Made by a program: the position numbers and the translations under genes. From NCBI GenBank assembly GCA_002269645.1, contig NIVC01004140.1, positions 1 to 58,444 of the forward strand: DNA of 58,444 nt. The letters are read 5' to 3'. This DNA comes from Macrostomum lignano. Taxonomy: Eukaryota. This document shows, in pieces, positions 10,968 to 23,100 of the stretch (position 1 is the first letter of the stretch; the number at the start of each line of letters is the position of its first letter). The notes beneath the pieces were generated by a model, which did no database searches, had not been told where the DNA came from, and saw only the letters and a list, made by a program, of their open reading frames with translations.

Positions 10968-12428
10968 CTGAAACTATTAAAATAAAGTGAGAGCAAGTGA
11001 CAATGGTTTTATTTCATGTGATAAAGTAGAAAAATGTTGATACCATTGAGTGACCATTTGAAATATCATCAGTTATTGTTTAATGATTTTTTAATTCTGT
11101 GGCTTCTGTGTTCTGTGTTGAGGCAGCTTGGTTATATTCTGTGGCTCAGTTTGAAAGCAAGCTGACAATGACAAATGTCAAAGTGTAGGCTTTACCATAG
11201 ACAATATCATATACAAAGAGCTTACTGCTTCAGTTTTTGCATCTTAAAATGATTTTGAGCCTGCACTCTAAATTTTTAAGCGCCAACTAGTGCCAAATAT
11301 AGTGCCAGTGCACATGAAGGAAGCCCTAGTGCCAGGTAGTGCCATACTATATCATTAATTTAAACAAAATGTGCTGTAAATAATATAGAACAAGGTTTTT
11401 TTCAAAAAAACTTTTTTTAACTTTAGTAACTTTAAAGAGTATTTAAAAAAGTTCCAACAAAATTCGCTGTTCTTTTTTCTGTTTGCACAACATTTTTAAA
11501 TTGAGTTCACAATGGTCAAATACTGTTGAAGCTTCATATTTAAAAGTAAATTTTGGCTCAATTATCAATTGGCCCTGCCACCTGATAAACAATAAGTCTT
11601 GTGGATCCAGTGCTGCTTAATTTGCTTTATGTGGAAGATTCAGTGGTTTGTCCTTTTGGCATGGATTGGATATAGTGAAAATGCCACAAACTTACTAGCT
11701 GTTATATGCCAAATAGGTTTATAGGTTTATTGTGAAGTAGTTGAAACATGCTTTACTAATTTACTTATTGATACTTATACTTTAGCCTATCTAATATCCT
11801 AGAAACTTTGATTTTATTTATATATAATAAATTTAATTTTATATTTGGTAAATTTAACAATTATTATTTTTTAGTATGCCCAATACTTATACTTAAAGAA
11901 AGTTTATTAACAAAGCTGTATTCTACAAAGTAGAATTTCCTCTTTTTTAGTAAATAAAAAGGTGGCAATTGTTGACTGCTTAAAACATGCAATGGAGGGC
12001 TGGAACTGCTGCAAGTTCTGCTCATATTCATGTAAACTATTTACTCAATTAATTAGCCATACTGCACGTCATGCATATAGATCAAGGCAAGTTAAAATTG
12101 TATTGTATTTTGAATAAGTTGGTTTTAAGCTTATAATTGACTAGGCCCCTAATTGTAATTTATCATTCTTATAATTTATGTTCATCTGTCCAGTCCAACA
12201 TTGTGTCTGTTTTCCCAACACTCATCAGTTTGAAAACACATGCATATAGAAAACATTGAAAAACATTTGAAGGACTAAAAGGAGACTCAGGTAATAACAT
12301 TTATATAATGGGGTTACCTATTTTATATTTATTATTTGTAGAATCTACAATATGAATTATCTATTTTACATTTTAGGATGTACAAAGGATAAGTCTATGT
12401 CATCCAATTGTAATGCCTCTGCATCTGC

Positions 12429-12705
12429 CCCTATTGCAGCGCATGGCTTAAGTACGCCAGACGACTACACAACCTGCGCCACGCTGTGAAATGACTTACC
12501 TGTGAAAGAAACCCTAAAGCAAAATTAACGCTTTTGGGTAAACGGCAGGAGTAACTATGACTGTCTTATCAAGCCTAAATGCCTCGGCATCTAATTAGTA
12601 CCGCGCCGCGCCATACTAATCGCTGCTCGCCGTACGCGCCGCGCCGCGCCGTATTAGATCCGCGCCGGACGCCGTCTGCCAAAATGCCCATGCGCTGCAA
12701 TCAGG
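12429..12705. mobile_element. 277-bp MITE with 8-bp TSD, carrying a 28S rRNA fragment
   Basis: TSD GCATCTGC at 12421-28 and 12706-13; TIRs CC(CT/TG)ATTGCAGCGCATGG (16/18). Removing the element and one TSD restores a continuous frame ...NCNASASASNEHQIKVECS... Confidence 0.8.
12536..12599 (+). pseudogene. 28S (LSU) rRNA-derived fragment, helix 69-71 region
   Basis: GGGTAAACGGCAGGAGTAACTATGACTGTCTTATCAAGCCTAAATGCCTCGGCATCTAATTAGT versus the recalled conserved eukaryotic 28S GGGTAAACGGCGGGAGTAACTATGACTCTCTTAAGGTAGCCAAATGCCTCGTCATCTAATTAGT (about 56/64). Confidence 0.85.
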
Positions 12706-13139
12706 GCATCTGCTAGTAATGAGCATCAAATAAAAGTGGAATGTAGTATTTTAAGTCAAAGTAATAGTTCTATAAATATTAATGATTCTGTTAGGCCTAT
12801 TATTAATCAGTGTCTGACAAATAATATTGATTTACCTACTATTGTCAATGCAAACAATCTATCAAGAAGTGAATTTTTGTCAATTATACAATTTCTTTTC
12901 CTCAAAATTCAGAATATGTTATAATGGAATTTGATGCAGTTTTTTTCATGTGACAATTTTTTCAACTATCTTTTCCATCTGTTGTACTTAGCAAAAGTAC
13001 TAAGGCAATTTTAAGCTCCAAGTATCATATTGCTAATCTAATTTTATTAGACTTATCAGCTGATGGTTTTCCTTTAAAGCCATGCTATTATATTCCAATT
13101 GAGTCTTCATTGTCCCAAATATTGTAGAACAAGCATTTT

Positions 13140-14600
13140 TTTAATTTAGTTTTCAATCACCCACAATGTTGCTTTGGTCCTTTCTTTAATTCTACTTTTT
13201 TCCAATCTGAAATTCAAATTTTGTCCTGCTTCATCTCTTTGAAACTCTTGCGAGGATAGGCCCGCTCTTTCAGAGTGCAAACTTAGCGCCCTTCTTGTGC
13301 TATTTTGTTGCATTTGCCCCTTTTTTGCACTCTCCCTTGCAACTATGCATTTCCATAAGCTCTGCCAATTGACTCCTGGCATCCCCATATTTAGGTGCCT
13401 ATTTGATTCATTGGGCAGGCACCCCCAGCAATACTTAGAAACTTAATCAGGGCTCTGCTCATCAACTTTCAGGACTCAGGCTTTTACAACATGTCTAACT
13501 TGGGAAATGTAATTCTTTTATCAGGAAATTTATTGTGTTCTCTTTTAAATAAAGCGGCTATGCTTTCACTATGCCTCATCATTTGAACGGGAAGAGTGAA
13601 GTGAGCACTAGTTTAGTGTTAGGTGTCCCCTTTGTCAGCTGTGCCTTGCGCCTCTCTGAGCCATTGGCTGCCACTGGCCATAGCTCTCCCTCTTTTTTCC
13701 CCTCTCTTTCTCCTTCCCTCTCTCCCTCTCCCTCATCCCGCTATCCTTTTGGCTGCCTGTGCTCCCCCTTTTTTGTCTTTCCTTTCCGGTTTGTTTGCAT
13801 TCCCAATATCTAAGCTTCTCTGCTCAGCCTGCTCTTGGTTCATTGTCTGTCTGGTCTCTCTCCTTTTTTCTTGTGTGGCTGCATTTGTTTATTCTGAGTT
13901 CAGCACTTAGGCTGTACTCTTGGTCTGGCTTGTACAGTAGTGGATCACATGCCCCAGGCACTCTGTCCTTTTCTTGCACTGCCTTGCGCAATCTTGTGTG
14001 TCAGTCTCTAAATAAGGAACAGTGTCCTTGCCTATCTGGCAGGGGTCCGCATTTGTTTCTAAAAATAGAACTGTAAAATCACACCAGGTTAAGGGGGCAC
14101 AATGAAAGCAGCCTTGCACACTCTGGCGCAATGGGGAGTTGCATGGTATGGTGAAATTGATCTGCTATCCTATAAGTATGGGCCTTTTGTGCCTCTATTT
14201 GGCAACCTCTTGCTTAACCCCCCCTCATTTATAAGTCTGGGCTAAGCATTGCTCTAACTTATAAGACTCACACATCTCACACTGGTCTTTGCAAACTCCA
14301 TTCTAACTTTGGATCTATCTTTGACTGTGTGACTGAGCTTGCACAGATAATCCCAATCAAGCTAAGGAAAAACTAGCACAGTTCTTAATCCCTGCACTTG
14401 AGCCAAGCAGGACCGCTAAAGAGGTGTACACTGGTGTGAACTGCCAATTTTGCATGCTGAGTTCTTGAGTCTTGTTTAGTTTACTCAGCCCCGAGCCTCC
14501 TTCATCAAAGGACAAGATCCAAGCGAGCTAGTGGCAACATCTACCAATGCTACTAAGAGCAACTAGGAGGCTTCCTAGGAGAATTGGCCAACAGCTTAAG
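13140..14600 (-). other. Degenerate Cys-rich coding-like remnant, possibly retroelement-derived
   Basis: Stop-riddled frames with CARQCKKRTECLGHVIHYC (CCHC-knuckle-like or PAN-like) and NWQSLWKC; the composition breaks abruptly from the AT-rich flank. Family not determined. Confidence 0.3.
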
Positions 14601-14627
14601 TGACTGATTGGGAAGCAATCAATAGTC

Positions 14628-14878
14628 TATACTTCACTGGTGGCAGCGGTAGGATTCAAGACCTGCCAGGCCATCTCTAGACAGCATCAAGTAAAAGTAC
14701 CAAATACTTCACTGGTAGCAGCGGTGGGATTCAAGACCTGCCAGGCCATCTCTAGACAGCATCAAGCAAAAGTACCAAATACTTCATTGGTAGCAATGGT
14801 GGGATTCAAGACCTATCAGGCCATCTCTAGACAGCATTGAACAAAAGTACCCACCAAACAAAGTACCAAATACTTCAT
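14628..14878. repeat. 75-bp tandem repeat x3
   Basis: ATACTTCACTGGTRGCAGCGGTRGGATTCAAGACCTGCCAGGCCATCTCTAGACAGCATCAAGYAAAAGTACCAA. Confidence 0.9.
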
Positions 14879-17331
14879 ATAGCACTATCAAATATATACT
14901 TGGCATTCCCCCTAGGCTTTCCCAGCCCTTTAGTGTGCATGGTAGGGTTGTGGTTGCATTAGAGAAAGAGACTGAATTAAATATATTATTGCATTACAAA
15001 TGTCTTAGTAAATAGGCCCTTAATTCTAATTCTTATTTCTTATTTACTAGTTCAATTGATAGCCTTTATTAGACCTAGCCTTATTCAGTTTTTACAAAAA
15101 ATAATATTAGGCCTACTAAGTCTTTTATATAAAAATATAGGCTATTTTTATTAATAATTACAAGGTAGCCCAAGGCTTCATTAAAAAAATCACCTATTGG
15201 CTAAGTTAATATCAAACAACAACATTGATTTTTTAATATATTTTTAATATATCTAATATGATTAAAATGTCTACTAAAAAACTTTCTTATTCTAATAGAT
15301 AGATACAAAGATCAATGGTAGGTATATGCCTAGCTAGAATATTAAGGTAAGTTTAATAGGACAAAGTTTAGGTTACATTACATAACTAACTCAAGTTTCC
15401 TATTTAAGTGTAGCTAGACTAGTTGAGTTTTCACTACATTTTGCTATTCTAATCTTATGGTTTTTGTATAACTAGGCCTATTTATTGTATTTGAGTTGTG
15501 TTCCTCCTGTATTTTTGGTATCCCTAGTCTCAGTCTGCCTAGTAGCGCCTAGCCCTAGGCCTAACCTTAGCCTAGTTATCAACTACGTAAGAGCTTTAAG
15601 CTAGGGGTTTGCTAGATTATTACTATACATGCGCTACCTGAATCTTATCCTGCTAGTGTGTTTTCTACGAAAATGGTTCATATCCAGGGTGATGGTCATT
15701 TCGTCAACTGGCGTTTCGTCAACTCGGTTGACGAAGTGACCAAAGTGTTAAAGCGACTTTACTGGTGGTTGACGAAGTGACCAATGCCTAGGTCCTCCCC
15801 ATTTGCTTGTTGACGAAGTGACCAAAATTGTTATTGCATGAATGATATGTAGTTCATACAGCAGCGTAGCTTACAATATAGTTGTTATATCGATGAGTTT
15901 GTTTTAGTAATTACCTAATTTTATTTGAAACGATCAAACTTTGCAATTTCGTTACAGCACAGTCCCGCTGGGAAAAATGTTGGTGGATGCGCCGGGTTGA
16001 GCGGCTCAGTCTGCGCCAGGTTAGCGCCACGACGACCAACCAATCGGAAGCCGTTAAGAACTTGGCACCAACTTGGCAACGCGGCGCCGACGTGGCATAA
16101 AGTGACCCAGAATTTTGCACGCGCACAGAAAGCAGTTCAGCATACTATTCAAACTACTGAACGTCAGTAGCAAGTATGAAATTTGTACTACTATAAATTT
16201 AGTTGCATAGATTTTTTTCCAAACTAAATGATTTTCCCTTGTATGTGTACACAAACACGACTTGATTACGCGCTCAGTTTATAATTTGCATCATGTACAT
16301 AGGCAGGCGCTATAAATTAGAGATAATTATACCCTAGGGACCCATAATGGGTAAATAATGCATTTTTACTGGCCATTATAATGACATTGAATGCCACTTA
16401 ATGGCATTATAATTGCCACTTAATGGCATTATAATTGCCATTATAATGCAAATTCTATATATATAAAATGCATTTATAATGTGGTTGCAATTAATTAGAA
16501 ATAATGCATTTTTAGTCATCTTGCGAGCCATATATACTCGTATATATATGAATACATTGCACTTCGTACCTTCGTTTAAATCGGCTCATTAAAACCGTAC
16601 TTAGTTCTATTCTGGTTTGTCTTACCAAACCATGGGCGATGTACACACAATAAGACACACTCAAAATAACACAATTGGTTAGTTTTATGTATAAGACAGG
16701 TCTCAACTAAGTGAGTGAGCCGAAAATGTAATATTTATTACCAAACAAAGAAGCCAAATGTAAAAAAAAAATTTGTGTCCCCGGAGTTTTACGTAAAAGC
16801 AATTAAACATAAAAAACTGCAAAAATGTGACAAAGAATTAGGTGTATCTAAACAAAGCGCACGGCATATGAGAGAAAACGTAAAACATAACATGTAGGAT
16901 AAATATAGCTGAGCATTAGGCGCGCATGTTTTGTGAAAAAGGGCTTTTTAGTTTAGAAAAACTAACAAGAAACAAAGCTTGCTTAAGTACAAGTACTAGA
17001 TGGTACTGGGTCTACGATGTTAGCCAGCCGGCGTTTGCTAGCCGAAAGTTTGCCAGTTAGTGTCTCTTTCTTGGTCCCGTCTAATTCCCCAGTCATATTT
17101 TCTTCCTGTGTCCTAGCAATAGAGCTTTTAGAATAAGCCTAGCACACACACATCGGCTGGCTAACATCGACAAAAGCTACACAACAATAGCTACCCAGCA
17201 GATAAATCAGGAATACGTACCAGAAAAAATTTCATGCAATGATTACATTGACAACCAGGACTACTTACAGAATAGAAAACGAGACAAGACAATGACCCTG
17301 AAAAACTGACGCGCGTTTGAAGTTATCTGAG

Positions 17332-19728
17332 CTAATCGTGCTCACACTCTTCCAACAGGGGTACCAGACAAAAACTGCCTGATGGCAAGTTCGGAAAGTT
17401 GACATCGACTCGAATGCACCTCGCAGCCACATCAGTGAGACGTATGCAATTGTAATTTTCCCGAGTGGGTTCCTGACTCGTAAAGATAAGCATATTTCGG
17501 AGTGGAACATCAGATGTAAAAAAAGCAAGAAAGATTGCTTGTTCAGATGCACTAGCACCAATATTGGTAAAATCCGGAACAGCATTGAACAGTAAGTCGA
17601 TTAAACGACATTGTGGAGTCAGAAAAGAGCCAAAGATTTTGCTATCGGCAAAATGATTAATAGCAAAATATGAATTTGATACATCCAGGACATACGAACT
17701 ACATGTTTTTAAAGTGCAATCCGCAGAAGTGGTTGTTAAAATTTTACCCCCAGAAGCGCCTAGAGTTCGATTTTCGCGCTCAGGAGGATTGCAGTAGTGC
17801 TTAGCGATGACAAGGAGTGCATCAGAAATTGAGGGATTGGAGCCTGCAGCAGGTTGCAGTGAATACAATAGCACTTTTAGCCAGAAAAACTTTTCGGAAA
17901 TTTGCTTTCCATGAAATCGACTGCCAAAATGAAGCATATTAAAGCCATGCATAGCTGACTCAAAGGGAAACATTGATGCACAATACAGAGGACCAAATCG
18001 TTCATACTGGTCGGGTAGATGATAGAGAAGATGAAAATTAAGAAGCATAACACGTTCGCCAAAAAACTCAGGACACAGGTTAAGAAACATATTGCACAGA
18101 CGTTTTAAAGTTGAAACACAAGAATTTTGCGAGTACAGCAAGTTATAAATAGAATTAAGAAGAAGGAGCAGGCCCCTAAGTTCGGGATTTTCGATTCGTG
18201 GAAGCAGAATTGATGGAAACAGATACAGAGCAAAAATCTTGTATGTTTTCGCTTTCCAAAGTGAGAGCTGACTAATTGGAGGAACATTGCTAATACCTTG
18301 GGGAAGTTTCAGTTGCATAATCTGAGAGTCGATTACATTGACAGATGCTGAGCCTAGCACACGGTAATGATTGGGATTGCAGCTTTTAGTCTTAGAATCA
18401 GTCAAGAAGGCTAGAATGTGTTTTACTTGACCTTCCCAGAGACAATGCATAGAATCAACAATGAAATTTTCTGGAAAACGAATGATTTTGAGAAGAGCAG
18501 TTTCGCGTTTGATTCCAAAATAATCCTTAAGCCCTTGAGCCTTGAGAACTGTGAGATGCTGCGCATGCATGGCATTAGTTCGAAGCGGAATTCCATGGAC
18601 AGCGGGGAAGACACGAACTTGGCCTTTTTCTGACACCTTTAGAGACTTGCCAGGTAGGATGCATCTGGGACAAGCAAATTGTCCGTTGAATTGCTTGATT
18701 CCAAAAAGGTGAGATAAAGCGGGCAAATCGCAGGTAAAAAACGAGAAGTGAAGAAAAAACGTCACATTCCTTACTTTTACACACGAAGGCAAGCGATTTA
18801 AAATAGTAGGCAAAAACTTTTCAAAATTCGGCTTTCCTCGATTGGTAAACAAAGCGATTGTGATAATGTTGACAAACTTCTGGCGTAATCTAACAGGCAA
18901 ATTGAGGCACAGTGCACAGAAAGGCCACACAGACATTTCAGAAACTTTAAAGAAGTTTGCTCCGTCAGCCGAAAGAAGAAAATACAAGTGAAAAATGTCA
19001 GGAGATGAGCCGGTTTCTAGTTCATTGCTAACAGCAGAGTTCAGAATGTCAGTTTGAAATCCTCGCCTTAGCTCACGCTGGTAAGATAAAATATCATTTA
19101 AATGCCTTTCAACTGTAAGCTCCACCTGATGGTTTACATTTAAGAGCCATAGTCCCTCGAAAGAGTCGACTGGATGTTCACTACAGTTTATAAGTAGACA
19201 CGCTAAACAAACTTTCACAACGAAGTCCGGTTTTAAAATGAATGAACGAAGCAGAACCGCTTCCATTGCTTTGTAAGATGTAGGTAAAGCAGCGCGAGGA
19301 GACAGAATGGAAATGAGGCGAAGCATGTTTTTAACAGCTTTCTTGGAAACGTTCGACAAGATCATCCACAACATTAGAAGGGCACATTTGACCTCCATAG
19401 AGATACCTTGGATACAAAAGACAGAAAGAAGGTTACTATCCTCATCCGCAGAAAATATTTCAGGGTGCTCGATATCAGATGGACCAGCTGCCTGCACTTC
19501 ATTCTCGTCATCAGCAGGAATTGCAATAGTCGGTTGCTCGCCGACGTTTGCTTGAATTGCAGCGGAAGAGCTCGAATCGCTGTATTCACCCATGGATGTG
19601 TCAATCGAATGTGTACTTGAATCAACCGACATCGAGACATATGACGACCCAGAGGACAGACTTTCCGACGACCCAGAGGACAGACTTTCCGACGACCCAG
19701 AGGACAGACTTTCCGACGACGAACTCAT
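17332..19728 (-). CDS. CMC/EnSpm (CACTA-superfamily) DDE transposase, 798 aa, uninterrupted
   Basis: Motifs LSADGANFF (D), TCDLPA (D), QFNGQFACPRC, VDSMHC (D-x2-H), WKAKTYK, NFHLLYHLPDQYERFGPLYCASMFPFES (E); N-terminal Ser-rich 24-bp repeats and zinc-knuckle-like CxxC. Confidence 0.92.
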   Translation of the reverse strand: MSSSSESLSSGSSESLSSGSSESLSSGSSYVSMSVDSSTHSIDTSMGEYSDSSSSAAIQANVGEQPTIAIPADDENEVQAAGPSDIEHPEIFSADEDSNLLSVFCIQGISMEVKCALLMLWMILSNVSKKAVKNMLRLISILSPRAALPTSYKAMEAVLLRSFILKPDFVVKVCLACLLINCSEHPVDSFEGLWLLNVNHQVELTVERHLNDILSYQRELRRGFQTDILNSAVSNELETGSSPDIFHLYFLLSADGANFFKVSEMSVWPFCALCLNLPVRLRQKFVNIITIALFTNRGKPNFEKFLPTILNRLPSCVKVRNVTFFLHFSFFTCDLPALSHLFGIKQFNGQFACPRCILPGKSLKVSEKGQVRVFPAVHGIPLRTNAMHAQHLTVLKAQGLKDYFGIKRETALLKIIRFPENFIVDSMHCLWEGQVKHILAFLTDSKTKSCNPNHYRVLGSASVNVIDSQIMQLKLPQGISNVPPISQLSLWKAKTYKIFALYLFPSILLPRIENPELRGLLLLLNSIYNLLYSQNSCVSTLKRLCNMFLNLCPEFFGERVMLLNFHLLYHLPDQYERFGPLYCASMFPFESAMHGFNMLHFGSRFHGKQISEKFFWLKVLLYSLQPAAGSNPSISDALLVIAKHYCNPPERENRTLGASGGKILTTTSADCTLKTCSSYVLDVSNSYFAINHFADSKIFGSFLTPQCRLIDLLFNAVPDFTNIGASASEQAIFLAFFTSDVPLRNMLIFTSQEPTRENYNCIRLTDVAARCIRVDVNFPNLPSGSFCLVPLLEECEHD

Positions 19729-20188
19729 AATTTCAACTTCAGTTCTACGAGTGTTAGGATAGACTGAAAAGTTTGGAGAAAATTACGTACCCGTGCCATC
19801 GAAATAAGAATGTGCACCATCATCTATCGATAAATATGAAATGAAGTGGAATAAATTAGCTCGGTGGCGTTAAAGTTGAAGGAGTTTAGATTCTTCCACA
19901 TATATACATTTTGAACGACTACGGAAATCATTAAGGGTATCCTAACTACCCATACAAAGAGTGCCAACACTTTTCAAACGCAACAGTTATTATTCTAAAA
20001 AAATAATTAAGGTAGTCGCTTCATTTTATATTAAAAAAACACTACAGAGTAAGAGTTTGACTTTAGCGCAGATAACGTAAAATAGGGATCGATTCAGTTC
20101 AAAAACGTTATAGTTTGTTACATGTCGAATGGCAGTTGGGTGATTGCATCTTCAGTTAAAATATTGCGACACACGTTTAGCCGTCAGT

Positions 20189-23100
20189 CTAATCACCGGC
20201 CTTTCGCTTGCGGAAGGTTGACTCTGGACCAAGTCGATTCAGAGAGTCTTTGACGGCTGTCCACGCAGAAACCGTTTGATCCCTCGGGATATTGAAGGCC
20301 TTGTTCAGAATGCCTAGTTTTTTTTAAGAAAGATTTTATAGTAGCAGCAAATTCACACAAACATTTTCCAACAATGGAATGGCTACAGTGAGCCAGTTTG
20401 AATTTTTAGCTTTAAAAGACTATATAGAATGACCTGCATCCATCTAATGCCCACAATACTAAGTCAGTTGCCAAAAAACATTCAGTTGCAAAGAAATTGT
20501 ATCGCTTACTCTTAAGATGGTCTTGCACTTCTCCTGGAGCCTTTGGCCTTTGTGTCGTGCCTTTGTACTCTCCGAAAACATGCGATTGCACATACTCGAC
20601 GCCATACCTCGCAGAAGCATATGCCCTGATGAACTTCGACGTCGTTGTACGAGGCAGATCTGAGAAATTGCAAACTCGCCCATCGTGGCCTTCAAATTCC
20701 TACGAAAAAGTACAAAGAAAATTGGTACTCAGGACCGATTGTTTGGATTATGTCATGATAAATGTCAGTGAAATGTGAAAACGTCAAGCCACATGAAGAA
20801 GAGCGAAAAATAAGAAAAACAGTAAAGTAAAATGGCAAAGTAAAGCATATAATAATTTTATAGTAAATGGTTAGTAAAGAAAGTAAATTAATTTGCACAG
20901 AAACTGAGAAACCTACCTCCTTAAGGAAATCAGCTGATACCATTTGATGCAAGCTGGATGATGAAGTGCGAATCTTCCTCAGTTTGTGAGCGATGAACCG
21001 CTTCAAACTGTCTGAAACATTTGGTGTTTCACATTTGTACTATACTGATAGTGATTACATAAGCAGCACGAAATGCAGGATTTGTGAGTAAAAAAGTTGT
21101 ATTACACTGAGATAATGAGAATAAAGCATAAAAACAAAAGCACAAGAAAGAAATAATTAAACCTTACCCATTCCTTCCTGAAATTCAGCCAGTGTGAGAG
21201 GCTTGGAATTTGTGGGATCGTTTGCACTTGCTGCCTTTGCTGATTCATGAGCCTGAAGAACTTGAGGAAGTAGTTCCGGTGGTAAGGCACGCTGTTCCTC
21301 ACTTGCAATTAAAGCCAATGATGCCTCAGAATTTTGGTGTCTGTCTTCAACATGAGTACCAGCTGTCCTTGGCCGCTTGTTTGCTAGACTGCCTTGAGAT
21401 TGCTTCCTAGCACGAGAATGAGCAGCTGTAGGTGTCGAAACTGGACTTGGGCTTACAAAAGAAACCTGAGTAGGAGGCGGAGTAGGCTGCCAGGTCTCAT
21501 CATCATCCGAATCGTCAATATCACCTGCATCTTCATCACTTGAGTCTTCTTGTTGTCTCATGAAGACTTTCATATGAGACTGGACATGATCAGAGAGCTC
21601 GGAGTTCTCCTTGTTTTCAGTTATGAATGCATCAAGCTCCTTCTCAAGGTAGATCATTTTTGACCATGGTTCAGCTGCAATGAACATGCCATTGAAAATG
21701 CCATCCTTGAGAGCAAGTGGGTAGTCCTCACCCTAAAATAAAAATGTGATTCATTATTAGATTTTGAGCTAATATTAGACCAAATTAATTTTTTAATTAA
21801 GAATTATAAACAAACTAAATAGAAAATTCTTTTTAGAATAGTTAACAAAATAGATATAGCCTATTAGAAAGTTAGACAAACTAAACAAAAGAGTCCTTTA
21901 GAAAGATAGACAAGCTAAAGAGAATAAATCCATTGGAAAAATAGACAAACTTAACTAAAATAAAACTTTAGATAGCTTAATAGAGTTGGCAAATATAGCC
22001 TATTAAAATACTAGGAAAACTAAAAGTATAAGAAATATTAAAATAGAAAACTAAAGCACTGGACAATAGTTCAAATAGTAAACTTGCTATTGGATAGAAT
22101 ATAGGGCCTACCTTATCAGCAAATAGACCTTCCTATGAATTGAACACCTTAGGCTTAGCATAGGAATAAAATAGCTCATAGATAAATAGATATATAAACA
22201 TACTGAGACCACTATATAAAATGTTATAAAAATCAATGAAGGCAGTCAAGTTTGAAAATGAATACATTATACAAAATATATATTAAAAAAATAGACAATA
22301 AGACATTTAAAAATGGCCAAAATTCTATTGGGTTGTTAGGAAAGTTCTGTCCGTTTTTTATTTTTCTATGCAGAGGATCATGAAGCTGTGTTGGATCCAA
22401 TACTTGTGTATGCATATACAGCCAGAGTTGTGGTCATTCTAACCAAGTCATTTGCTTTTCAGCGCCCAATTATGGCCAGAAATTTTGAATTAAACAGCAT
22501 CGCTCTAAGGCAGTGCATGCTATATGATTTTCTAGCAGGTATTACAGCAGCCGAATCGACTCGACGCCTGTGCAGTGCATTTGGCCAGGATGCTGTCTCT
22601 GACCGCACAGCCCGTCGTTGGTTTGATCGCTTTCGCAGCGGCGACTACAGCCTTGCTGACGAACCTCGCCCTGGACGCCCATCTGAGATAGACACTGAGC
22701 TGCTGCGGACACTTGTGGAGGCCAATCCGCACCAGACTACACGAGAGCTGGCAGCCACTCTTGGGTGCTCCCATGTGCAAGTCGCTGAACACCTGGCTGC
22801 CATGGGCAAGAAAAGCAAGCTCGGACAGTGGACCCCCCATGACCTGACTGACAGGGACCGTCAAAGCCGAGCAGACATTTGCACCTCACTGCTCTCCTAC
22901 AAGAGAACAACAGACTGGCTGGCCTCAATACTCACTGGCGATGAGAAGTGGGTGATGTACGTTAATATACACTGCAAGCGCCAGTGGGTTGATGCCGGCA
23001 AACCGCCACAGCCAGAGCCAAAGGCCCCACTGCACCCTAAGAAGGTGATGCTCTGCTGTTGGTAGGACAGTGAAGGAGTTGTATACTTCGAGCTGCTGCC

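Larger units (their letters stand above)
11992..13130 (+). pseudogene. Degenerate spliced transposase-like gene (C2H2 fingers; probable CMC/EnSpm remnant)
   Basis: C-x2-C-x12-H-x3-H finger CKFCSYSCKLFTQLISHTARH at ~12010-12070; second finger-like FPTLISLKTHAYRKH; YYIPIESSLSQIL at ~13085-13125; stops and frameshifts; interrupted by the MITE at 12429. Confidence 0.5.

Noticed and set aside
12686-12717. Helitron 3' terminus (GC hairpin followed by CTAG|T)
   Set aside because: The hairpin is the right TIR plus the 8-bp TSD of the 12429-12705 MITE. Excising that element restores the host frame, which a Helitron model does not explain.
13140-14600. R2 retrotransposon inserted at the nearby 28S fragment
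   Set aside because: The Cys motif is on the strand opposite to the rRNA fragment and ~1.3 kb away, I could not see RT or PD-(D/E)xK motifs, and the rRNA piece is enclosed in its own MITE.
14640-14830. tRNA genes in the 75-bp repeat (GGATTCAAGACC resembles an antisense B box)
   Set aside because: No cloverleaf or A box could be built; at most a SINE-derived seed.
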